Source: Eukaryota sp. TZLM1-RC
Taxonomy: Eukaryota; Protista; Metamonada: BaSk clade
Direction of reading: 5' to 3'
Length of the DNA stretch: 64,000 nucleotides
Assembly: GCA_040285825.1 (NCBI GenBank)
Contig: JAUPSS010000011.1
Location: 1,127,658 to 1,191,657, forward strand
Shown here: positions 47,112 to 58,499 of the stretch, in pieces
Numbering within the stretch: position 1 is the first letter of the stretch
How the letters are laid out: each line of letters starts with the position of its first letter
The notes under the pieces: model-generated
What the model saw: the letters and a program-made list of their open reading frames with translations, nothing else
What the model was told of the DNA's origin: nothing
Databases searched by the model: none
Translations under genes and position numbers: made by a program

Positions 47112-50100
47112 TTATTCAAGGAAAATCTGAAGAGAAGGACGATTAGATTCTATTTGTTGAAGTTTGGATTTGGTTGAATTGCTAATGTTGTTGGACCAAA
47201 GATTCAATTCAGTCAGAGTGCAATTGCTCTCCAATGCACGGGCGAGAGCACTAGCGCCTTTAGAGGTAATGTTGTTGACCCCAAGATTTAATGTAGTCAG
47301 AGTGCAATTGCTCTCCAATGCACGGGCGAGAGCACTAGCGCCTTCAGAGAAAATGTTGTTGCCCCAAAGATCCAATGTAGTTAGAGTGCAATTGCTCTCC
47401 AGAGCACGGGCGAGAGCACTAGCGCCTTCATCGGTGATTTGGTTCTTGTGAAGATCCAATGTAGTCAGAGTGGAATTGCTCTCCAGAGCACAGGCGAGAG
47501 CACTAGCACCTTCATCGGTGATTTGGTTGTTGTGAAGATCCAATGTAGTCAGAGTGGAATTGCTCTCCAGAGCACAGGCGAGAGCACTAGCACCTTCATC
47601 GGTGATTTGGTTGTTGTGAAGATCCAATGTAGTCAGAGTGGAATTGCTCTCCAGAGCATGGGCGAGAGCACTAGCGCCTTCAGAGGTAATGTTGTTGCCC
47701 CCAAGATATAATGTAGTCAGAGTGCAATTGCTCTCCAGAGCACGGGCGAGAGCACTAGCGCCTTCAGAGGTAATGTTGTTGCCCCCAAGATATAATGTAG
47801 TCAGAGTGCAATTGCTCTCCAGAGCACGGGCGAGAGCACTAGCGCCTTCAGAGGTAATGTTGTTGCCCCCAAGATATAATGTAGTCAGAGTGCAATTCGT
47901 CTCCAGAGCACGGGCGAGAGCACTAGCGCCTTCAGAGGTAATGTTGTTGTTTCCAAGATTTAATGTAGTCAGAGTGGAATTCGTCTCCAGAGCACGGGCG
48001 AGAGCACCAGCACCTTCATCGGTAATGTTGCTGCGCCAAAGATTCAATTCAGTCAGAGAGGAATTGCTCTCCAAAGCACGGGCGAGAGCACTAGCGCCTT
48101 CATCGGTAATGTTGTTGGACTGAAGATTCAATTCAGTCAGAGTGGAATTGCTCTCCAGAGCACGGGCGAGAGCACTAGCGCCTTCATCGGTAATGTTGTT
48201 GCCCAGAAGATCCAATGTAGTCAGAGAGGAATTGCTCTCCAAAGCACGGGCGAGAGCACTAGCGCCTTCATCGGTGATTTTGTTGTTCTGAAGACTCAAT
48301 CTAGTCAGAGTAGAATTGCTCTCCAAAGCACGGGCGAGAGCACTAGCGCCTTCATCGGTAATGTTGTTGAACTGAAGATCCAATGTAGTCAGAGAGGAAT
48401 TGCTCTCCAATGCACGGGCGAGAGCACTAGCGCCTTCATCGGTAATGTTGTTGCGCCTAAGATTCAATTCAGTCAGAGTGGAATTGCTCTCCAGAGCACG
48501 GGCGAGAGCACTAGCGCCTTCATCGGTAATGTTGTTGACCCAAAGATCCAATGTAGTCAGAGTGGAATCGCTCTCCAGAGCACGGGCGAGAGCAAAAAGG
48601 CGATAATAGGGATATTTAAAACACCAAGGAAAACAAGATAATTCAACTAAATATTCATTTTTGATTAATTTAGTTGCTTTAATAAGACCTTGATTATAAA
48701 GTTTTGTTGGAGATAGGGATGATATCGACAGATTTCTCTCCGGTCCCAGCAATTGAATAAACTCCAAAGAGGGAAAACTTTGTTCAGTGATATTGGTATC
48801 AATTGCTTCATGAATTATCAATTCCTTAATGCTTGGTAATTCAATTTCAATATTGACAGGATTTCTCAACCAAACTTCCAATATAGTAATGGAAAGAGGC
48901 AAAGGAATTTGTGCTTCTAATATTCTTTCTGAAGAAGAACCATCAAATAACACCAGCTCTTTCAATGCTGTAAGATAGCTTAAATCAGTAACCTCAAAGT
49001 CATCTTTAAGCACCAACTTCACTAGTGAAGGGGGTAATTCTTCTATAATGAATGAACAATTAAGCTCCAGAAACTTGAGATTTGATAAATGTGTCAAGTT
49101 TAAGGATAGTCTTCTATAATACCCTGACTTTGCACCAAGCTTAACAACCTCAACAGTTGGGAAAAATGACAAGAACTGTGGATCAAATACATCTGTATCA
49201 TAGTAAATATCAAGATGTTTAATTCGACTATTAATAACACTGGGACCATTGAAAGCAAATGATAATTGCAATTGTAAATCCCAAACATAATCATTGAGAT
49301 TTAAATGTTGTGGATTTTTCAAAAATTCAAAACCATTGATCACTTCTTTAGAAAATTTAGCGACCTTCTTACTCACTGAACATTTGGTATAGAATCTGGC
49401 TTTTGTATATGGATGGTTACCAAACAATTTTTTCAAATATTGTAAATATTCAAAGTAAATTAATCTGATTAGACCACTAAACATGCTATCCAAAGGTTGT
49501 ATTGGATCATGAAAAGTTCCAAGTATTTCGGAAACAAATGATAATTTGGCAGGTTGAAATCGATCAATCAAATCACCTGTACCTAATTGACCTTTATCGT
49601 TTTTTCCCCAGGCCCAAACAGTGTTTTTGTTGTAGGCAAAAAGGAAGTCGTGACCTAAGGAAACACCTTCTATATTGGTGAAAGCTTCTATGCATCTTGG
49701 TTGCTCACTATCATTATATAAACAACTTAATCTGCTGAGCTTGCCCCAAACAAAAACTTTACCATTGTTATTAATGGCGGCGTAGATTCCATCATTGTAA
49801 CGTAATGCTAAATCGCTACAACACCAACATGTACTACCACTTATATAAACAATATTACTTAAGCCTGGACCTTTGATGGGTTTATTGCTGAATGGAATTT
49901 CATCTACATGATCAAAAGCTCGTACATTATTGAACTTCCATACATCACCATTGACGTCAATAATGAATAACCAATCCCCAGATAAGAAAAAGGAATAACG
50001 AAATGGTTTCCTGGGAGTAATATACTTGCTGACATCTATCTTGGTCGTTGTGGAAGCAGTATCAAGGCATTCACCATCTGAATGGTAATCCACACATTCT

Positions 50101-51048
50101 GTGTTGTGAAAAAAGAAAACACCATTAACATCAACTGCTACAAAAGAACGACAACACACACTCATAAAGACAATTTTGTTGAGTCCTTCGATTATGATAT
50201 GAGTATCTCCATCAAAATGAATAACTTTCCCTCCTTCGGTCAGAGCAAAAAAACTAAATGGAAAATTCCTGCAGTTACAAGTTGGGAAATAAAATTCCTT
50301 TAACTTATAAGGAATGTTCCAGAGATCAAAGTATTTCATAAATTCAGGTCCTTTCAAATAGAAATACCAAACAAACAACGAATCCAATAATGATACCAAA
50401 GAGTCAAACTCCTTAAAGGGCAAGAGGGTGGGAATGAAATTACTAAAAGATGACAAGGTTAGTGTGTCGTCAAAGTAATCATATTCACGTCCATTGCTTC
50501 TTGAACTTCCCCAAAAATAAACCTCACCAGAATGGGTAAACAAAAGTGAGTGAAATCTACCACAGGAAATGGACTTAACCCCAACCAATTTGTCCGATCG
50601 ATCGGGGAAGTGTGCTAATTCTTGGTCACTTGCATAGGGGTCTTCTAATGAAGGATCCGAGGAGGCATGATGTAGAGGACATCGATTATGTGCATTTGAG
50701 TCGGGTTTTAGATCGGATTGTGGATCGGAAGAATGGGGAGGAAAGGTGGATTGCGGAGAACTGCATGGTAAGTCTGAAGGTAGACAGTGATCAACAGAGC
50801 AATGAGAGGGAGATCGTAATTCTTCATCAATAGTGGAGGAGAGTATCGTGGTAGTTGGGATAGAGTCATGGAAAACATCGGAAGCATCCTGTGAGCAGCT
50901 ATTTTGGCTTCCCACTGGTTGAAATGCAACCGGGGCTTCAAGCTCGTGATTGAGAGGAGGGTTTGGACGACCTAGATCACGACTCTCCTTTCCAGAACAC
51001 GAAATGCTAGCGCTATCACCAGGCAAACTATCTTGATTTTTGACGCAT
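47112..51048 (-). CDS. RCC1-like repeat + LRR protein, paralogue 3 (~1311 aa, 17 terminal LRR units)
   Basis: 1304-codon open frame to 51026; the paralogous ATG at 51048 is out of frame because of one extra base in a T-run near 51037-51041 (likely sequencing error). Confidence 0.85.
47180..48598 (-). repeat. 84-bp LRR tandem array, 17 units
   Basis: Same backbone; internal triplications (YLGGNN x3, DLH[N/K]NQ x3). Confidence 0.95.
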
Positions 51049-54000
51049 TATAGAGAGGTTGAGACGAAGAGAAATTTATTGAAAAGTGAAATTTGTCGAG
51101 ACACTGGGTGTTTGCTGAAAGTTTTCTGAGATTATTTCTTCTAAAAATCATTTAGTTTAGTAAATCATTTAATCATTTATTCAATTTCACTGGCCCTTAT
51201 AAAGGCCGTCACTAGTGAAGTCTACACTAGACTAATTGTCCACAGTACAACAAAAAGCACTGAATAGCAAGTCCAGAGTTATATCATTAACCAATCAGTC
51301 TATCTGTGTCAAATGTGGAGTTTTCACTTAAATTTGTTCCAGACGCCACCATCTTTCAGTACTTCTTAATGGTTACTAGAGCACTAGCGCCTTCAGCGGT
51401 AATTATCTTCCTCTGAAGATAGGTAATTATTGCACCAGATTATCGAGACACTTCAATAGAGGATGTGATTCATTCATAGACATTTCATCATACCGGAGTT
51501 TCTAATCAAAAAGAAAATTGTTCATGCCATCACTGAAAGCCCTATTGAATCAATATGTTGCCTTCGAAATGCCATCTCCAGCAAACTTAGGACTTGAACA
51601 CGCCCGATAAAGAATTTTTGATAAGTCTTGGGTGATTCAATTAAGTGTCGCAGTTCAATAAAGATTTTATGTTGTTGTTAATCATAACTGATGTGATTAC
51701 AATTACGGTCATCCATTATTGTCAAATAAATCTTCAAAGTTATTGAGCAATAGGGAGAACAATTATGTTTCCAACCCCGAAATTAGGCCATCCATACTTC
51801 AAAATGGCAAATAAACCAAGAAGAGTCAGCGCCAAGGAATCTGGGTGAAATCCTAATGAGGATTTCCTCATTTTCCACCACATCTTCTATTTCTTCATCT
51901 GTATCTTCCAAGGTGTCTGCTTCAACTTCCAAAACAGCAGTTCTAGTTCATTCAAAGTACTTTCTCCATGGTACACTATTCTTTCTCGCTGCTTAATCTA
52001 GATCTTTCTTTAGTGCACACGACCTTGAAATCGGACCAGTTTCTTTCTGGAGACATGCTTCCATGTTCTCATCTACTTTCCTCCAACCAGCAGTAATCAT
52101 GTTAAAGGCCTTTTCTTGCAATTTTGCCATGCAATGAGTACCCAGCCTGAAAATTCATCCTTGACAACACTGGCCCTTACGACAAGGACAACATCTCTAG
52201 GTAAGGCACCACTACGCAATTGCTGTAGAGTCTGATCGCAGCAATAGTTTCCAAACAGTTCATTTGGGATATCCTTGAATGGTTTGTTGAACTTACTTAT
52301 GGTTAGTTTACTTGCAACTAAATGGTTTTTAATTTTGGCAAACTTCATTAGAAAATTATGACTTAATAACAACAGAAAGTCCAAGACACGTTTGAATTGT
52401 TAGTAACTACCATACTTGATGTGGAATTTCACAAGAAATTCCAATGTATATTTCCTGGAATAAAATACGTGTCTGGATGCATTATTTTCCTCTGGAAAAA
52501 CAAATTATGGTGTTATATCGTCAACTATGCCACCAATTTGAAAAACACGCACGCGATAGTGCAAGTGTAAATTGTTGTAATTGACCAGAAGCATGTAATA
52601 AAAGTTCCTTTTAACAATTCAATGATTTTCTTATTCAATCTATGGAAAAATTGTACATTGATTTTAATAAACTGGAAGAAATTAGTTTAAACAAATTACT
52701 CGAAATGTGCAACAACAATTTAACAACAATTAATGGAGTTAATTTCAGAGAGTTAGATTGTAAAAACAATCCATTTCATTTTATGAGGTTTATAATTTTC
52801 AACAATTAGTTTTTGCATCATATGTAAAAGTGTGGTGAAAATTTCACACAATATGATTTTTTCCATACGTTTTGCGAAAAATCTAATTAATAAACCTCTA
52901 TAAAAAACTCTCTTTGTTTTTGATTCATTATTTATAAAAAAATCATTTTTAATAATCACATTGTCTTTTATACCAAATTTTTACCAATTCAATAAAATCA
53001 TCTCTATCTATTTCTCCATTATAATTTTTTTATATAATCTACTACATAGTGTATATTCTCATCAATTAAATTAATATTTAGTTTGTCTTTTATATGATTA
53101 CCAATTTTAGTAAGAAATGAAATTGGTTTTGTATTTTCTTTCAACAAAGTTTCAAATCCAGTTGATGCAACTTTTCTCACCCAAGATTTACTATAAGTTT
53201 GTGGGGGTTCAATAGTAAGTTGTAAAATAGCTTCAGGAAAATATTTTGCTTTGAAATACAAAGATTCATATTTACAAATCCCACCATTATATTCATCGAG
53301 ATATCTTTCTTCCAAATCTTTATTGATGCTAACAAAAGAATTCTTTTCCTGGATCGGAAATCATCATGGTATTTATAAGTAAACAATTATAATAATAATC
53401 TCCAAAATCTATTTCGATTTGTTGTGGTTTGATATATTCTACAGGAATTTTTCTTAATATATAATATAAATCATCTCCTTCATATAATGATTTTTTTCAA
53501 TATTTTTGTGATAAATTCATCATCACAAATTGAAACATCAACCAATTTAAAATATTCTAAATCTTCGAGAACAATATCTTGTAGTTTTTTTAATTGGGTT
53601 TTCCATTTTTAATAAAATCATTTTTATATCGTAAAATTTTCAATTTTTGTTTTATATCTAATTACATTCGTCTATTTTTCCATCCATCTCTAAATTTATA
53701 AAAAGTGTGCACAATTATTACTTCAATATTTTTAAACTTGAAATCTTTTAGGACTATATGATATTGTTTTTAATTTAGAGTAATGTAACTCAAATACTAT
53801 TCGAAATTGTTCCAAAAATTTAAAATTGGTAATCAAATCTAAAATATCATTTGTTTCATCTATTCTTAAAATTGGTTTGTTGGAAAAATATGAGCGATAA
53901 TAATCATCAAATTTTACAATTAATTTTTTAATCATATAATGTGTATTGTCTCTTATAAACCATTTAACCATAAACATTGGTGGTACCACAGATGGTGCAT

Positions 54001-54442
54001 GTCTCACAAATAATTCCCTAAAATGCTGATTACTGTTATCTAACGCCGAAAAAGAAGATAAAAAAATATGAAGAACCTTTGGCACAATTAGGTAGAGTGG
54101 AACATGTGAAATATCAGTTTGTGCCGTTTGCAATTTCTCTTTTTGGCAATATTGGACCTTCAGGGTTGCACTTTTTGAAAATTTTAAAAAAGTATTACTG
54201 AATAGTTTGTTTGGAATTGTGTTAAATTCCAGGAACTTCACCAGTGAGATCGTGAAAGATTGTGAGAGATTGTAAAACTAATGAAACTTTTTGTAAAGTT
54301 TCATTAAAAATATACTTTAAAACTAATGAAAGGAATTACTGTCGTAACACAACTCAGACATTATGTAAACAATGAATTTTACATGTTTGACATTAAGAGA
54401 TATCCTTTTTGATCAGGTTTTCTACTAGCTTTTATTTCAAGA

Positions 54443-54886
54443 ATGTCTCGTTCTCCACAACTAGGACGTTTCTACTCAAACCATCAAGGTGACTTCAGGA
54501 CCAAAAAAACCCGTAAATTTGTGACATCAGAAATGCCAGGATTTCACCTAGAAGACAAAATCAAAATCAAACTGTATTCTAAAACTATGAGAGATGCACC
54601 AGAACGTCTGAACAAAATGATTTTATGTAAAGAAGATACAACAGATGCAGTTCACTTTAAATGTCGTCAACTGAGTGCCTTTCCATGGAAGGTAGAACAC
54701 CATAAAGCATCAGCAAGCAGAACTACAGAGGAAGTGGTCGAGCTATGGGAACCTAGCTATCAAGAAGTTAGGTTTGTTGAGGATCATGAAGAGGTGTTAA
54801 GTGTTGGAGAAAAAGGAAAGATCATTGAAGAATATGACTCTGAACTAGAAGAACAGTCTTTTGAAGAAGCAGCTGGTATTTCTTGA
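54443..54886 (+). CDS. Unknown 147-aa protein with acidic C-terminus
   Basis: Intact ATG-TGA ORF; three copies in the window; no motif recognised. Confidence 0.5.
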   Translation: MSRSPQLGRFYSNHQGDFRTKKTRKFVTSEMPGFHLEDKIKIKLYSKTMRDAPERLNKMILCKEDTTDAVHFKCRQLSAFPWKVEHHKASASRTTEEVVELWEPSYQEVRFVEDHEEVLSVGEKGKIIEEYDSELEEQSFEEAAGIS

Positions 54887-55167
54887 AAACCATTCTCATC
54901 AGTGATTTTGACTGTATTATGATGCTTAATAGAACAAATGACATGGAATTTTTAGTATAAAGGATCATGGATTGAGTCTATTTTTTGATGGTTACTGAAG
55001 CAATTATTTTATAAAAAGTAATTGAGGGAATGCTTTTCATTATCTTTTGATATATAATTTTTGAACACAAATGGTCTTTTTAAAAATCTTCATAGATATT
55101 GAGACTTTTTCTCTAGTAATCAAGAGAGAAACAATAATATAATAAAAAAATAAATAAATAATAGAAA

Positions 55168-56620
55168 AAAAGTTAAATCGATTCTGTCAGGTATTTTGGA
55201 AAAAATCGAAGAGCAACTTTTGGTTATTCAAGATTTAAAAATTGACAAACATTTAGCGTTTTCGGTCCTAAATGTGTGTTTTGGATCAAAAATTAATCAT
55301 CTTCTTCGTTCTTTATCTCCCACAATTTCTCATGATTTTGCACGTCAATTCAATTCTTTGAGAACAAATTTCTTAGGAAATTTAGTAGAAGTTTGTCCAT
55401 CTAAAATTCCTTATCATGCATTTTTTAGTCCTAAATTTGGTGAAGTTGGTTTTTCAAAAGCAGAGTATTTATGCAAAAGTGCTTTTATTGGTGGTATGAA
55501 AAATTTTTCTTTTTGAATGGAAACATCGTTTTGAACATATTCCTTTAAATGAATCACATCCTTTATTAATTTCTCTTGAAAAAATGGTGCAAGAACTACC
55601 TGTTGATGTTTGGAATAGGAGTTTTCCTTCAAGTTTGCCTGCTGTGCCTTCGAGATCTTTCACCAATCTTCATCTTGCTGTTGTGAAATTACAGAAGTCT
55701 GTTCTTATTGGTTTTGAAGACCTGGATTTTTCTAAACGACTTAGTGTGACTAAGATTAATAATCCCGTCTTTGCTGCCTTTTTATCAGACATTCAGAACT
55801 GTACTAGTTTAATATCTCAGCAACCAAGGCCATTTGGTCTTCACTTAACAAATGAAGCTTGGAAACAAAAACATGCGGTTGAGATTAGGGATGTATCCAA
55901 TTGGTCTTTTGGATAATTCTTATTGTATTTGTAACAAAAAACCTACAGCCAATTTCCGTCATATTGTGAGCTGTAGAAAATTTCTCCAATATAGGTCAGT
56001 TCTTCATAATGCCATTCGTGATGTGACATATGAAATGTTTAAGTGTTGCAATTTTAGTTGCAAAGTAGAACCTTTGTTGAAGCATTATAGTGATGATAAT
56101 CTATTTAATTCATGTCGAGGTGATTCAATTGCTCCTTTTGTAGAGTCCTCCCATGTTGTTGTTGATTTCACTACAGTTGATCCCTTTGCTTTGGTTTATC
56201 GTGATGAAGTTTTACTTAGTACTAATGGTCATTTAAACAAGGCTGAAAATCGTAAGAGAGATAAATATACTGATATATTAAATGATTTAAATAAGAACCT
56301 TTATTCAAAGTTTTCGTTTGTTCTTTTTGCCTTTTCGATTTTTGGCAACATTGGACAATCTGACTTGAATTTCATCAATGATTTTTGGTAATTTATGTCG
56401 TTCAAGTGGTAAGAATTTTGCAGAAAATTTATGGAAAAATCGTATCATTTTCGCTTTGTACAGAAGTGTTCCCAAGTACTTGAGTTTAATGATGTCCAAA
56501 CTTTATAAGGATTCATCAAGAGTTGGCGTGGAGAATTTAGTTTCTTATGTGTTTTAGTTTTTTTATTTGATTCTTCGTAGAAAATGATAAAATAATAATA
56601 ATAGAAAAAGACAGAAAATA
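55168..56620 (+). mobile_element. 5'-truncated family A element (second sequence variant)
   Basis: Starts AAAGTTAAATCGATTCTGTCAGG; thumb, knuckle and RLE motifs; homopolymer frameshifts. Confidence 0.9.
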
Positions 56621-57399
56621 AAAATTTCTTTTTACAAAAAAATAGGAAAGGACAAATTTTTAATGAATGTATATAATCAAATAAATTCGAGATAACCACA
56701 ACACAAGTTAATGGTTCTGGAGATGATTAATCGTATCTTCATCACAATAAACTATTTCATTAACCAAATAATCAAATACATACACATATAAAAATGGCTT
56801 TGGAAAATCAAATAAAAGCAAAATAAATTAAGGGTAATAGATTCATAGTTCACACATTTTTAGAGAATGCAAATATGATGGATTTTGTACAATTCATTGT
56901 ATCACATGATTAATTTAGAGGTAACTGAACGGTTTTACAAGCTCAGTACTTCAGAGATGAGCTCAGAGTTGATTTCAAATCATCTCTATGATTCAAGAAA
57001 TATTGTTTGGTTATTGTGATTGATAAACTTATTTTACAATTTTTGCATCGTATTATTGTCTTTGTACATATTATCCTCAAATTATAAAAATTAAATAAAA
57101 AAATAATATGAAAATTAATAAATGATATAAAAGCTAATTATAATCCTCATCCTTCAAATGCTGTTACAGTTGACACTAAAATTTCTGCCGATACTATTTA
57201 CCAAGGATCATGATGTAGATATATTAGTTGTTTCACTTTCAACCAAAGTTTTCCAGATTTATCAAAGGTCACCCACTCGATTGTTGGCACAATGACTTTC
57301 AACTACTTGTGACTCTTGACACCAAGGAGTTGAAACCTATTTCAAGATACCTTGAAACTTTATTGAAAATTTTACAGTTCTCAACTGTGTGTGTTTGTT

Positions 57400-57886
57400 A
57401 TGAACAAATCACTCGTTACTGAGTACCGCTCCCTACAATCAAACCAACAGTTCTTCACAGTTTCTCTTGTTGATAACAACATCTACCTTTGGAGAGTTGT
57501 GATCAAGACCTGTTGCTTTGATTCGAGTTCACCACTGTATCAACATCTGTCATCAACTGGTACTCAAGGTGTGCTTCTAGAGCTTAAGTTTATTCAGTCC
57601 TACACATCAGTCACTCGATCCCCGCCCTGGTGTCGTATCATTTCTCCAAAGCTATCTGGTGGAGGCATTTACCAAGGATCTGTTTGGTGGGAATGATTTT
57701 ATGACACAAACAGAACAGTGGAATACAACATGGAAAAACTTACTGGTTGAGTTTGCTCATGTGTTGAGTGTTGAGTGGAGAGCAACTTTCAATGGTATGG
57801 CAGAATGGTCAGTGCAAGAAGCCAAGAAAGGAGAACAGTTCATACTTGGTGCTCACACAGACTGGAAACAAACAGCCTTTGTGTAG
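57400..57886 (+). pseudogene. UBE2Q-like copy 4 (Cys site is Trp, premature TGA)
   Basis: GSVWWE* at 57694-57696. Confidence 0.75.
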
Positions 57887-58499
57887 TGTTAATACAGGAA
57901 GTTGGGATAAGGTTTTTGTTTCATCAAATATGTTATTGACTAATAATGCGAGTAGTGAGTCTGCCATTGATGAAATGTCACAAACTTACTCAATTTGTGA
58001 AAAGTAACTTTGAAGGCTTGTCGAATCAACTTATGCTCTAAGATTCTTTATGTGCAATTTTACATTACACGTCTACAACCTGGTGGTTGAGGTGTATTTA
58101 AAATTTCGTCAATAGTAAAATCAATCGATTATTTTTGGAGCTGCAAGGTAGCGTTGGTGACAACTAGAAAGTTGTTTAGATAGATTTGCCAACTTGTTTT
58201 TCTTAATGTGGATGAACCAAATTTGAAGAGAAATCTTGCTAGATTACACAATTTTCAAAACACAGTTTGCTACACAGTTTGAAATACAGTGTGAGTCATT
58301 AAATGATGACTTGACAACAATAAAAGAAATATCGTGTAATTGGTCAACACAGTGGTGATCACATGTCCTGGTTGAATCAAATTGTTTAGGCATATTGGTA
58401 TTTCATTGTTTTCAATAGCCTTGTATGAATTGTTGCTTTTCGTTTCACATAGTAATATAGAATAACTGATATCTTAATACCGTGTTAATAGGGCTTTCT

